A DNA stretch of 64,000 nt from Deltaproteobacteria bacterium (GTDB taxonomy: Bacteria > Myxococcota > Kuafuiibacteriia > Kuafuiibacteriales > Kuafuiibacteriaceae). Under the pieces are notes generated by a model. The model saw only the letters and a program-made list of their open reading frames with translations. It made no database searches and was not told the DNA's origin. Each line of letters begins with the position of its first letter. Within the stretch, counting starts at the first letter, position 1. A program made the position numbers and the translations under genes. Shown one piece after another: positions 8,625 through 18,718 of the stretch. The stretch is taken from contig JAVJQW010000015.1 in assembly GCA_040218735.1 (NCBI GenBank), positions 32,001 to 96,000 of the forward strand, given 5' to 3'.

Positions 8625-11600
8625 TCAGAACACCGTCACCGAGCGGACGTTGCCGGCAGCGTCGACGAAGCAGCCGCCGCCGGAGCAGCCCGTGGTCGGC
8701 GTCGCCATCGGGATGCGGACCACCGGCACCGCGGGGACGAAGCCCTGAATGGTCAGGGTGCCGCTCTGGCCGTTGAGGCTACCGGGCGCCGACAATCCCT
8801 CGGGGGCGCCGCGGCTCGCCGTGGCTTCGCCGCACATCCAGAAGCCCTTGCGGCCGCCCGTGAAGCCGGTCGCGGCGTCAGGGGGCGTGAGCGAGCAGTA
8901 GCCCGTCGCGCTGCAGGCGTAGTCCGCACGTTCGCGAGCGCTCAGGCCGGAGACGTCTCCGCCGGTGTGCAGCTTCGTGAAGCCCGTGCCTGCGCGGGTC
9001 GGGCACGCCTGTTCGCAACTCTCACCGACGTAGTTCTCGCCGCACGCGCAGATCAGTTTGCCGAAGTCGCCCCGGTTCGGCGCCGTCAGCAGGCCGGTGG
9101 GGTTCGCCGCGAAGCCCGCGCACACCCGGCTGTAGCCGCGACCGATCTCCGCCGACGTCGCCGTCACCACCGAAGCGATCGTGCCGACCGACTCGTCGAT
9201 GCAGCCGCGGTCGTACACGCCACCCGGAGCGCTGAAGCGCTTGGAGACGAACCCGATCGTGTCGGCGACGACCTCGGCGCCGGAGCGGTACGCGCAGTCG
9301 ATGTTCGGCACGTCGGGCTGGTTCGTGACGTCGCTCTGCGCGGTCGCCTCTACGCAGCCGGCTTGCCCGCCGCACGTCACCGCCTGACACACGTTGAAGT
9401 CGAACTCCGCAGTGGCCGCCCCGCCGCTGAGGGCGTTCGCGCTGACGCGCTCTCGACCACCGCCGTCCGCGATTCGGCTGCACTGGAACTGGCTGTGGTG
9501 GTTCATGCCCCGCCACGGCTCGTCGGCGAGCGGCAACAGGCCCGCCGCACCCAGCGCGCACACGTCGTGGTCGACGACCGTGTCCGTGTCCAGCGACATG
9601 CCGGTGGATACCGGCGCCCGCAGCGGACACGCGCCGTCCAACGACGTGCAGCCGAACTGACCGAAGTCTCCGCCCAAGCGACCGTCCGCCTCTGTGGCGT
9701 CATAGTCCGCACGCCGTCGGCGCTCGCAGGCCGTCCAGTAGCTGTCGCGGCCGACCTCGTAGCCCAGGGGGAAGTCGGCCGAGCACCGCGAACGCTCTTC
9801 CACCCGATACCGCCCGGGTCCGGACCCTGCGCCCGGCGCAACGTAGCGACTGGAGTGCAGCTCCACGAAGTGGGCGACCGCGCCGAACAGCACGTCCTCG
9901 TTGCTCACGGATTGTCCGGGTAGGTCTGCGCGTTCGCGTGGCTGGGCCTCCGTCAGGTCTTCGATGCCGTTGGCGTTGAAGTCACCCTCGAGGCTGACGC
10001 ACGCCTTGGTCGTCGCGTTGAGGTCCGCGGCGAAGAGCTTGCGCATCCCCAGCGGCGGGTAGCTCGTGTCGTTCAGGCCGATGACGCTGTCCTGGTCGAG
10101 GTCGTCGTTCTCGAACAGCGCGACGGTCGTGAGGCCCGACGGGCAGGCCGACGTCACCGAGTCACTCGGCGCCCAGTCGACGATCGCGTCGCCACAAAGA
10201 CCAACGAGGCGCGACTGTCCGTACTCGTTCACCAGCTGCACGCGGTCCACGGTTCGTCGGGCGCAGCGGAAGTTCGCGAGTGTCGCTTCGTCCGAGGTGC
10301 CGCCGACGCCGAGCGTAGCCGCGTCGAAGGCGAGCTCCGCGGATTCGGAGATCCACCCGTCGCCGTCCGCGTCGCAGATCGCAGGCAGCGCGTTGACGCC
10401 GAGCGGCCGATAGTAGTCGTCGAGCGTCTCGCAGAAGCACTGACCGAAGGGGTCGCGCCACGGCCAAACCCGCGCGCCTTCGCCGGGGTCATTGCCGCAA
10501 GTCACGTTGCACGAGGTGCACACGCCGCCGTCCATCGACGCCGCTTCCCCTGGGCCACACGTCGTCGTTCGACACCGCGAACCGGTGCCGTCGAAGATGT
10601 CGGCGCAGAACGTCTCCGACTCGCACACACACTGCCCCTCGACGAGCGCGCCGTGCATCGGGCCTGTGCAGCTCACCGAGCCGCACGGCACGCACACGCC
10701 GTTTTCGTTGATCGCGTGGCCGCTCGGGCAGCGCTGGCGGCACTGTGGCGTCGCGCCGTTCTGAGGGTAGTGGCAGAACTCGCCGCCGAAGCAGACGGAG
10801 TCGCCGCACGCTGTGACGTCTTCGCACTGAACCGTGCGCGGGTTCATCGCCCGGCCACCGACGCATTCGCCGCAGAAGGCGCCGCCCGCGACCTCCACGC
10901 AAGTACGGTTGCGCGCAGTGCACGCGACGCTGATGTTCCCCGCCGTCGTCCCCGTGCAGGTCCCGGACGGCAGCAGCTCGCAGACGCTATCGACGTCGGT
11001 GTAGCCGGGCTGGCACGCGCTGCAGATCGCGTCGAGCTCGATCGCCGCACCGGGCGTGCAGTCGCGACGCGCGAGGCTGCAGCCGAGTGTCTGACAGGTG
11101 TCCACGCACGTCGGTCCGTCTGTGGACTCGACGCAGGCCTGGTTCTGGTCGAGGCACACCCGCCCGAGTCGGGTGGGTTCGCCGCCGTCGTCCAGGCAGG
11201 CGTCGTCGGTGGCCACGCAGGCGCCGTTCGCGACGTCCCAGACGTAGCCGGGCACGCAGGTCTCCGGCACGCACACGAAGTCGCCGGCGAAGTCGCCGTC
11301 GGTCGTCGGCGTGCAGAGCTGGTTCGGGAGGCAGCCGAGCTGCGTGCAGGAGGTCGGCTCGCGGCAGGCCAGGTTCGTCGCGTCGCAGACGAGGCCTTCG
11401 CCGCACTGCGCGCTCGCCGTGCAGCCACAGGCGACCGGCTTGTCCACGGCCGGGCACGCTTCGCAGATCGAATCGGCGCAGAAGTTGTCGCCCTCGCAGG
11501 TCGCCTCGACGGTGCAGGGACAGCCGGGCACGTCGACGCTGCACGTCCGGCACACCGTGGTGCCGTCGCAGTACAGGCCGTCGTCGCAGACGTCGCCCGT

Positions 11601-12146
11601 CCCGCACGGGCAGTCGACACCGCCGACCTCGCAGCTGTCGGGCACACACACGCTGTCGGCGCAGGTGAGGCCGCCGTCGCACTGGTCCTCGACGCAGTCG
11701 CAGCCCTCCGTCCCGGGCGTGCAGGCGCCGCACAAACCATCCGTGCCGCACGACGCGCCCACCGCGCAGGTTCCGTTGAGACGGCAGACACAACCGATGT
11801 CGCCGCGGCGGCAGTCGGTGCAGAAGTCGGCGACGCACTCGCCGGCGTTACAGGCGCCCTCCACGCAGCCGCACCCGACCTCCCCGGGTGCGCACGCCGT
11901 ACACAGACCTTCACGACACTGCGTCAGCGACTGCGTCGAGAAGACCTCGTCCGCCTCACACGCTGCGCTCTCGACACAGGCCACGCATGCGCCATCGCTA
12001 CAGATCTGCCCCGCCGTCGCGCAGTCGCTCGAAGTCGTGCAGCCACCCCCCGCCGGGTCACTGGAGCACGCGAGCGTCGTGAAGAGCGGGACCAGCAGGA
12101 ACAGGCACCGAAGGATGTTCTGAAGGTTTCGCTTGAAGATATTCAT
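8625..12146 (-). CDS. Large Cys-rich lipoprotein with Ca-binding-like and EGF-like motifs (accessory of the toxin-like locus)
   Basis: Lipobox TLAC; tandem Cys-rich repeats; DADGDG and DFNANG motifs; EGF-like CACGENYVGESC; 1173 aa. Confidence 0.8.
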   Translation of the reverse strand: MNIFKRNLQNILRCLFLLVPLFTTLACSSDPAGGGCTTSSDCATAGQICSDGACVACVESAACEADEVFSTQSLTQCREGLCTACAPGEVGCGCVEGACNAGECVADFCTDCRRGDIGCVCRLNGTCAVGASCGTDGLCGACTPGTEGCDCVEDQCDGGLTCADSVCVPDSCEVGGVDCPCGTGDVCDDGLYCDGTTVCRTCSVDVPGCPCTVEATCEGDNFCADSICEACPAVDKPVACGCTASAQCGEGLVCDATNLACREPTSCTQLGCLPNQLCTPTTDGDFAGDFVCVPETCVPGYVWDVANGACVATDDACLDDGGEPTRLGRVCLDQNQACVESTDGPTCVDTCQTLGCSLARRDCTPGAAIELDAICSACQPGYTDVDSVCELLPSGTCTGTTAGNISVACTARNRTCVEVAGGAFCGECVGGRAMNPRTVQCEDVTACGDSVCFGGEFCHYPQNGATPQCRQRCPSGHAINENGVCVPCGSVSCTGPMHGALVEGQCVCESETFCADIFDGTGSRCRTTTCGPGEAASMDGGVCTSCNVTCGNDPGEGARVWPWRDPFGQCFCETLDDYYRPLGVNALPAICDADGDGWISESAELAFDAATLGVGGTSDEATLANFRCARRTVDRVQLVNEYGQSRLVGLCGDAIVDWAPSDSVTSACPSGLTTVALFENDDLDQDSVIGLNDTSYPPLGMRKLFAADLNATTKACVSLEGDFNANGIEDLTEAQPRERADLPGQSVSNEDVLFGAVAHFVELHSSRYVAPGAGSGPGRYRVEERSRCSADFPLGYEVGRDSYWTACERRRRADYDATEADGRLGGDFGQFGCTSLDGACPLRAPVSTGMSLDTDTVVDHDVCALGAAGLLPLADEPWRGMNHHSQFQCSRIADGGGRERVSANALSGGAATAEFDFNVCQAVTCGGQAGCVEATAQSDVTNQPDVPNIDCAYRSGAEVVADTIGFVSKRFSAPGGVYDRGCIDESVGTIASVVTATSAEIGRGYSRVCAGFAANPTGLLTAPNRGDFGKLICACGENYVGESCEQACPTRAGTGFTKLHTGGDVSGLSARERADYACSATGYCSLTPPDAATGFTGGRKGFWMCGEATASRGAPEGLSAPGSLNGQSGTLTIQGFVPAVPVVRIPMATPTTGCSGGGCFVDAAGNVRSVTVF

Positions 12147-12167
12147 CGCTGTCTCCGGTGAGTCGGC

Positions 12168-15100
12168 TCAAAAGACGGTGAAGTCGGTGTAGAAGACGAA
12201 CAGCTTGATGTCGGTCAGCTGGTCGAGGTTGATGTCGAGGTTCACGGCTTCGTCGCGCTGGTTGAAGACGAGCTCCCAAGTGTCGTTCACGAGCGGCATG
12301 TCGCGGAGGCGATAGCTCCGGTACACACCCGGCTCCTGCGAGAACTCCCGCGTGGAGTTGAAGTACGGGTTGATGACCGCGGTGCGCTGCGGGAACCGGT
12401 AGAAGCTTCGGCCGCCGGCGATGGTGTCGACCGTCGACGTGCCCCGCTGCCGCAGGTAGACGCGCCCGAGGTAGTCACCCACGTCGTTCCCCTCGACGTT
12501 GGCCTCCACGTAGAAGATCTTGTGGTTGCGCGTGAGCGGCGACAGCGCATCCAGCCGCGTTGAGAACGGGATCGCGATGTAGCCGTTGGTGTCGAGGTAC
12601 TGCGGGTCCCGAAGTGCCTCCCGCATCCGCGCGACACGTTCGTCCACGCGCAGGGCGCGGCCGTCGTCGCCGATCCTCGGGATGCCGAGGATGTCGTCCT
12701 GCAGGGAGACCTGAAGGACGCGGAGGTCCGGGTTGCCGTAGACCTCCTCGAACGCCAGGAAGTCGTTGCGTAGCTCGATGATGTAGTTCTCGAGGTTGTA
12801 GTCGCCGGCCGAGACCATGCGCGTGAGGAACAGTTGGTCGCGGGGCGCGTAGCTCTGGCTCGTGTAGTACTCGTAGACGAGCGTGAGCCGGTAGGCTTCT
12901 TCGAGCGCGTCGTTGAACGCGATCTCCGCGTTCAGGACGGCGTCGTTGCGGTAGATGCGGATGTTCGGGTCGTTGCGCGCGGCCTGCACGTTGACCGAGA
13001 GCTCCAGCGCTTCACGCCGCTCCAACTCGACACGCCGGGCCAGCTGACGCGACTTCGAGACCTGCGACAGCGCGAGCCCGAGGCGTAGCTGTGCGGCGAG
13101 CATCGACAGATCCAGCTCCGCGAGGCTCAGCAGCTGGCTCTTCGTCTCGTAGAGGATCTCGGTTCGCGCGATCTCACACTGCTGAAGCTCGACCCACTGC
13201 GCGTTGGCGCGTTCCAGCTCCGCCTTGTCGGCCCGTCGGTCCCTCGCGTAGTCCTGCTGTTCCACCGTCGTCGCGATGTGCACCGCCGACGACGCCAGGA
13301 TGGTCGCCGCGCTCCCCGCCGCCGCCAGGCATTCGAGCGGTGCGCACGCGAGGGTCTGGGCCACGGTGACGGTGGTGTCGTAGAGCTGCAAGGCAACTTG
13401 CAGCGACTGCTCCGATTCGATGATCTCCTCCTGTACGTTGAAGGTCTTCTCGGCCGTCACGAAGTTCGCGTTGGCGATGTCCGCCTGGATGCCGCACACG
13501 GCCTCCACCCGGTCCTTCTGATGGCGGATGCGGGCGTGCAGGTTCTCGATCTGTGTGGCGACGTTGCGGAGGTCGGCCCGCGCGATGTCCATGCTCACGA
13601 TCTGCTCGTGGATGGTGCCGTTGCCGACGAAGCCACAGGGGTCGCCGTACTCGGCGTACGTCGCGCTGAGGAACGCATACTCCTCGATGGCCGGGTACAC
13701 TTCGCCGTCGTTGCCGGTGAAGACGCCGCACAGCTCGCCGAGCTGGCTCTCGTAGGTTCGCGAGAGACGTGTGAGCTCCGCTTGGAAGCTGGCCTCGTCG
13801 GTGTCGAAGGTGCGCGTTTCGGCGAGTGCGGTCTGTTCGCGGCGCGCCGCGAGCTGCAGCTTCGTCTCCGCGAACTGGTAGATGCGCTCGAAGGCGTTGA
13901 TGTCGACGTTGGCGCCGCCCGTGCCGAGCGCGGGGAACGGCACGTAGTCCGGCGGGAAGCCGAGAATGTTCACCTCGTCGGTGATGGACTGGTAGACGCG
14001 GCCGAGGTCGAGGAGCGCCACGGAGTACGCGCGCTGCGCGCGTTCCAGCTCGCGCAGGAGCTGAGGTTTGTTGGTGCCGCCGGAGATGTCGTAGAGCCGG
14101 TTGATGACACTCGCGAGCGCGACGGACTCCAGATAGGTCTGGTTGTAGGCGCGCATCGCCACGCGCCGCGCGAGCCCGGCCTCGCCGAAGCCTTGGTAGC
14201 GCCGCGCGATCTCCGACCAGGCCCGCGAGCGCTGGGTCGACGCGCGGATCAATCGGTCGAAGTACGTCGTGACCGTCGCCGACGACAGGAAGTTCCGGGC
14301 GATCTGCGGCGAGCCGGACTCCAGCGCCGCCGAGATGACGGAGGACATCCGGTAGAAGCGGTCGAGGACGAGTGTGTAGTACTGCACCGCTCGGTGCAGC
14401 GTGAACATCTCGAAGCCCGCGATGCCGGAGATGGACAGCCCGCCGACTTCGAACGCATCACCCGGGAATCCCGCGGTGCTCAGCCCGGCGAGGTCGAAGC
14501 GTGACTCGAACGCGCTCGTGTAGGCTTCGTCGCCGAGCATGATGAGGAGCTCCGCGTAGAGGCGCTCGAAGCCGTCACGGCGAGATTCGCCGCTCGCGGG
14601 GCCGGGCTCGTAGGCTGCGAAGTTCTCTTCGAGGTACGCGAACAGCGTCGAGCTCATGGGGTCGTTCGGGTCCGAGAAGAAGTGCTCGTAGATGTCGAGC
14701 AGACAGTCGACGCGCTCGCGGATCTGCTCGATCGCCACCGGGTCGTAGCAGTAGGGCGGCGCGGAGGCCGACAGCGGCTGGCAGATCGCCGGCGTGAAGC
14801 CGAGGTTCGTGCCGGAGCGGTTGGAGAAGCGCGTCTTGTAGCGGAACGCGTCTTCGATCGAGGCGAGCAGCGGCGCGAAGTACAGATTCGATGCGCTCGG
14901 TCGGTAGAAGATCTTGCCGGCGCGGCGGTCGAGCGGATCCGCGTCGCACGTGTTTGCGCCGTTCGCGCAGGAGAACGTCGGACGCAGCTGCGTCACCACG
15001 CTGCCGCTCGCGGTCCACTGCGAGAGTGTGCTCGCGCACGTCCCGGCCGCCTGGCACGGGTGATTCACGACCGTGCCGTGCTGGCTCGCGTCGGCCGCGA

Positions 15101-18100
15101 AGAAGATGACGTTGCTCTCGAGCGGGCAGGCGACGCGCGTGTCCTGGTAGCGGTTGCCGCAGTCGGAGGTGTCCGTGCCGAGGGTACACTGCGTGCCGAC
15201 GCTGTTCGCGCCGCCGTCGTTGCAGATGCCGTCGTTGGCCAGGCCGCAGGTGTCGTCGTTCGGGTGCCCGCCGGCGCCCCAGCAGGCCACGTTGTCGGCG
15301 CCGCCGTTGAACAGACCGGTCTCCTCGCACAGGTAATGGATCTCGGTGCCGCCGCCGGTGCACGACGCCGCGTTGCCGGCGGGGTGCGTCCACGCCTCGG
15401 CGGGATCCGGGGTGCCGCCGGTGATCAGGTTGGCGGCGACCGACGCCGCGTTGTTCGCCGTCACCTGAGCGACGCCGAGCTGTGCGAGCAGCTCCGCGCT
15501 GCACTGCACCGCGTTGGCGCCCGCGATACCCGCGATCGCCGTCGGCTGCACCGTTCCCTCGTAGTCGTCGGGGATCTGGTTGCCGTTGTCGTCGGCGCGG
15601 TCGAGGTCGACCGGTCGACGTTCGAGCATCAGGTAGCCGTACGCCGTGAGATCGTCGCCGCCCAAGAAGGACGGGAACGTCTCCCGGAAGAGGATGAAGA
15701 TGCGGCTCTGGTCGATCATCGCCCCGTCGAGGAGTTGGACGCGGCGCTGGACGACCTGGCCGTTCGGGATCGGGTTGCCGCGAGCCAAGGAGCGGTTCGC
15801 CACCTGGACCTCGGGGAGGATTCGATCGATCGGCGTTTCGTAGCCCGGAAGCCGCATGTCGACGCACCACGCACGCTCGTGGAAGCCACCGACGATCTCC
15901 GTCCCTCGTACGAAGCCGGGGACGAGCCACGGGACGCGCGTCTCGACGAAGCCGGCGCCGCACGACACGGCGTCTGATTTCGGGTAGCGACCGCCGACCG
16001 CGAGATCGAGCGTGAGGCCGTCGGGCTCGCCCGGGCCGGTGGAGGTCTGCAGGAACGTGACGCAGTGGCCGGTGATGCTCGGGTCGCAGTGGGCGATGTC
16101 CGTGGGGTCGGCCTCGAACGTGAGCTCGACCTGCGGGTTGCCGGGGTAGTGCAGCGCGGTCTCGGAGACGACGCGGCCCACGAGCTGCTCGGGCGCCGAC
16201 GCGTCGGGCGCGTAGACATTGATCGCCATCGGGAACACGGCGGAGCCGGTGGGGATCGGGGAGGCCTCGAGGTTCGTGACGTACGGTCGCGGGAACGCAC
16301 CCGGCACGCCCTCACTGAAGAGGTAGCAAGCGCCTTGCTGCGCGACGCAGTCGCTCGTCACCGACGGAAAGCGCCACTGCTCGGACTCGGTCGCGACGAG
16401 CACCGCCGCCATCTCGGGCCAGCCGCCGCCGAGGCTCCCGTTGCGGAACGCGCCCCACCGCTGGATGAGGCCGTTGGCGACGGGGAGATCGTTCGGCTGG
16501 CCCTGGCGTGCCTCGACGAGGCGCCGGGGGCGAGCAAGCCAACCTTGCCCCTCCGCGGTGGTGTCGATGCCGTCGTCGTCGAAGTTCGCGAAGTAGACCA
16601 TCTTGCCGGCCCACTGGCCTTCCGCACGGGCGGCGTAGCTGAGATCGACGGCGGCGCTCCCGAGCCGGCTCTCCACGCGAAGTGATCCGCGCCAGCGCAC
16701 CGCGTTGATCGCCTGCGCGAGCTCGACGGTGATGCGGGGGCAGGTGTCCGACAGCTCGCAGTTGGGCTCCACGCGCACGGCGATCGCCGCGTCCGCCGTC
16801 ACCGCGCCGGACTCGCCCATGCGGATCCACCACAGGGGACAGGCCGGGCCCGTGCAGGTGTCGCCGACGTCGAGCTCGACGTTCTCGGTCGCGCCGTCCG
16901 CGCGGGCGACGGTGTGCTCGGCCTTGCGCACCGTGAACGTGACGAAGTCCGCGCTGCGGTTGATGAGCTGGAGCTCCTCGACCGTGGACACGTTGGAGAA
17001 GCTCAGACGTGAGCGCGTGACCTCGAACGTCCCGGTCTCCGAGGTGTTGACCGCGCTGGTGTCGCGGCTCGCGCTGGGCATGCAGAAGCCGACCACGTTG
17101 TCCTCGGACTCGCAGATCGTCCCGCCCGGGCAGTCGTTGCTGGTGCCCACCGCGCAGCGCTCGCGGCAGACGTGGGCGAAGCAGCCGAACCCGGAGTCTT
17201 CGCAGTCTGCGTCCGTGCCGCAGTTCGAGTAGCAGTAGCCGCGCATGCACTGCTGGTGCTCCGGACACTGGCCGTCCGAGAAACACTGCCGTCGCGGAGA
17301 CTCGGGCGGCTTGCACTCGCCCTGGTCGCAGACGAGCGCGTCGAGGCAGCCGTCCATGTATCCGTCGGGGCCGCAACGGCGCACGACGCCGGTTTCGTCC
17401 GTCAGGTCGCCGGAGCACGCCGTGTAACACTTGGGGTCTGCGGGAGGCGTGCGGCCCTGGATGGTCTCGTCGCCGGCGCAGTGCCCGTTCACACACGCGA
17501 GGCCGGGGAGGCAGGCGTCGGCTTGGCACTGGCAGCCGAGCGTGCCGAGCTCGCAGTACACACACGCCGCCGGCACGACGGTCTGGTCACAGCGACCGTT
17601 GGTGTCGCAAGTGCCGTCGTCCCGGCACGCGCCCCCCACGCGCCCGGTCTGGTCGACGCAAGTCAGGTTGCGGCAGGCCAGCCCCGGGTCACAGGAACCG
17701 GCCAAGCACTCGCAGCCCAACCCACCCGGGATGCAGCGCTCCGCGCGACACAATCCGTCCACGCAGGTGGCGTCGCTGCCGCAGGACGTACCGTTCGAAC
17801 ACACGCAGCCGAGCGCGCCCGCGGGGCACGCGCTCGATTCGCAGAGGCTCGCGGCGTTGCAGACCAGAGGCTGACCGCCGGTGTCCCGGCCGCAGCTGCC
17901 GTCGAGGCACGGGCAGCCCGCGGTGCCGTCGGGGCAGTCCGCCTCGACGCACAGGGCATCGGCGCACGTCAGCCCCTCGTCACATCCACCGGACGGGAGG
18001 CAGGCGCAGGCCTCGGCCCCCGCGACACATTCGGGATCTTCGCCGCCGCTGCAGGCGGCGAGCAGGGAGAGACTGACGAACAGAGCGCTGAGGGCGTGAC

Positions 18101-18107
18101 GTTTCAT
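12168..18107 (-). CDS. Giant Cys-rich lipoprotein with a putative Tc-toxin A-subunit-like C-terminal half
   Basis: Lipobox LAAC; about 340 aa of Cys-rich repeats; long coiled coils flanking an Ala-rich hydrophobic segment; C-terminus W-x-L...DINLDQLTDIKLFVFYT resembles the TcA TcB-binding domain; CDS certain, TcA homology inferred. Confidence 0.65.
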   Translation of the reverse strand: MKRHALSALFVSLSLLAACSGGEDPECVAGAEACACLPSGGCDEGLTCADALCVEADCPDGTAGCPCLDGSCGRDTGGQPLVCNAASLCESSACPAGALGCVCSNGTSCGSDATCVDGLCRAERCIPGGLGCECLAGSCDPGLACRNLTCVDQTGRVGGACRDDGTCDTNGRCDQTVVPAACVYCELGTLGCQCQADACLPGLACVNGHCAGDETIQGRTPPADPKCYTACSGDLTDETGVVRRCGPDGYMDGCLDALVCDQGECKPPESPRRQCFSDGQCPEHQQCMRGYCYSNCGTDADCEDSGFGCFAHVCRERCAVGTSNDCPGGTICESEDNVVGFCMPSASRDTSAVNTSETGTFEVTRSRLSFSNVSTVEELQLINRSADFVTFTVRKAEHTVARADGATENVELDVGDTCTGPACPLWWIRMGESGAVTADAAIAVRVEPNCELSDTCPRITVELAQAINAVRWRGSLRVESRLGSAAVDLSYAARAEGQWAGKMVYFANFDDDGIDTTAEGQGWLARPRRLVEARQGQPNDLPVANGLIQRWGAFRNGSLGGGWPEMAAVLVATESEQWRFPSVTSDCVAQQGACYLFSEGVPGAFPRPYVTNLEASPIPTGSAVFPMAINVYAPDASAPEQLVGRVVSETALHYPGNPQVELTFEADPTDIAHCDPSITGHCVTFLQTSTGPGEPDGLTLDLAVGGRYPKSDAVSCGAGFVETRVPWLVPGFVRGTEIVGGFHERAWCVDMRLPGYETPIDRILPEVQVANRSLARGNPIPNGQVVQRRVQLLDGAMIDQSRIFILFRETFPSFLGGDDLTAYGYLMLERRPVDLDRADDNGNQIPDDYEGTVQPTAIAGIAGANAVQCSAELLAQLGVAQVTANNAASVAANLITGGTPDPAEAWTHPAGNAASCTGGGTEIHYLCEETGLFNGGADNVACWGAGGHPNDDTCGLANDGICNDGGANSVGTQCTLGTDTSDCGNRYQDTRVACPLESNVIFFAADASQHGTVVNHPCQAAGTCASTLSQWTASGSVVTQLRPTFSCANGANTCDADPLDRRAGKIFYRPSASNLYFAPLLASIEDAFRYKTRFSNRSGTNLGFTPAICQPLSASAPPYCYDPVAIEQIRERVDCLLDIYEHFFSDPNDPMSSTLFAYLEENFAAYEPGPASGESRRDGFERLYAELLIMLGDEAYTSAFESRFDLAGLSTAGFPGDAFEVGGLSISGIAGFEMFTLHRAVQYYTLVLDRFYRMSSVISAALESGSPQIARNFLSSATVTTYFDRLIRASTQRSRAWSEIARRYQGFGEAGLARRVAMRAYNQTYLESVALASVINRLYDISGGTNKPQLLRELERAQRAYSVALLDLGRVYQSITDEVNILGFPPDYVPFPALGTGGANVDINAFERIYQFAETKLQLAARREQTALAETRTFDTDEASFQAELTRLSRTYESQLGELCGVFTGNDGEVYPAIEEYAFLSATYAEYGDPCGFVGNGTIHEQIVSMDIARADLRNVATQIENLHARIRHQKDRVEAVCGIQADIANANFVTAEKTFNVQEEIIESEQSLQVALQLYDTTVTVAQTLACAPLECLAAAGSAATILASSAVHIATTVEQQDYARDRRADKAELERANAQWVELQQCEIARTEILYETKSQLLSLAELDLSMLAAQLRLGLALSQVSKSRQLARRVELERREALELSVNVQAARNDPNIRIYRNDAVLNAEIAFNDALEEAYRLTLVYEYYTSQSYAPRDQLFLTRMVSAGDYNLENYIIELRNDFLAFEEVYGNPDLRVLQVSLQDDILGIPRIGDDGRALRVDERVARMREALRDPQYLDTNGYIAIPFSTRLDALSPLTRNHKIFYVEANVEGNDVGDYLGRVYLRQRGTSTVDTIAGGRSFYRFPQRTAVINPYFNSTREFSQEPGVYRSYRLRDMPLVNDTWELVFNQRDEAVNLDINLDQLTDIKLFVFYTDFTVF

Positions 18108-18134
18108 GGTGGGTTGCCTTCCGGGTCGAGGGGA

Positions 18135-18632
18135 TCAGTCGATGGACGCGGAGGCGGAGGTGAGGAGCGCCCCCGCCTCGTCGAAGCACTCCACCTTGGA
18201 GACGGACACGCCGCTCGGCTCGCCGTTCAGCTCCAGGCTCACGGCGTCGCTCGGGAGCGCTCCGGCCGGGCTCGCGATCGCGATCGCATAGCGCGGCGGT
18301 CGTGCGCGAAGGACGCCCTCGACGCCCGAGCGCGGCGCAATCCGCACGACCTCGGTCGCGGCGCTCTCGAGGAGGATCTCGCAGGCGCGCGCGCCGTCGG
18401 CCAAGAGCGCGAGCTCGCCGGGGGTGGTGTCCCCGTCCTTGCAGATCCCTTCGTCGCTACACACCTGGCCGGCGGGGCAACCGGAGCCGGGGCTGCACGC
18501 GGTTTGCGGATCGTCGTCGCCGGACGAACACGCGAAGGCGCCGAGCCCTACGCAGAGGGCCAGGGTGAGACGCCAGCGGCGTCGAAGGAGGGTCGCGGTG
18601 GCGCAGGTGGCGCCCAGGTTGGTCTTTTCCAC
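18135..18632 (-). CDS. Small Cys-rich lipoprotein with a beta-rich (possibly cohesin-like) C-terminal domain
   Basis: Lipobox AFAC, one Cys-rich repeat, then alternating-polarity beta strands; first gene of the leftward operon. Confidence 0.7.
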   Translation of the reverse strand: MEKTNLGATCATATLLRRRWRLTLALCVGLGAFACSSGDDDPQTACSPGSGCPAGQVCSDEGICKDGDTTPGELALLADGARACEILLESAATEVVRIAPRSGVEGVLRARPPRYAIAIASPAGALPSDAVSLELNGEPSGVSVSKVECFDEAGALLTSASASID

Positions 18633-18639
18633 GTGAGGG

Positions 18640-18672
18640 CAGCCGAAGGCGGCGCCCCACTTCCGACATCGG
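18640..18672 (-). promoter_or_regulatory. Putative ECF promoter, copy 1 (drives the leftward lipoprotein operon)
   Basis: Minus strand CCGATGTCG-gaagtggggcgccgcc(16)-TTCGGCTG, ending 7 nt before the GTG at 18632. Confidence 0.7.
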
Positions 18673-18703
18673 CGTGTCGATTTTCGGGATCAGCGTGCGG
18701 CGG
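18671..18703 (+). promoter_or_regulatory. Putative ECF promoter, degenerate copy
   Basis: ggcgTGTCG-attttcgggatcagcg(16)-TGCGGCGG, same spacing as the other copies. Confidence 0.4.
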
Positions 18704-18718
18704 GAGAAAAACGCTCCC

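Noticed and set aside
6711-9923. 1070-aa plus-strand ORF
   Set aside because: Arg/Pro/Ala-rich out-of-frame and antisense shadow of the permease and Cys-rich lipoprotein genes; typical high-GC artefact.
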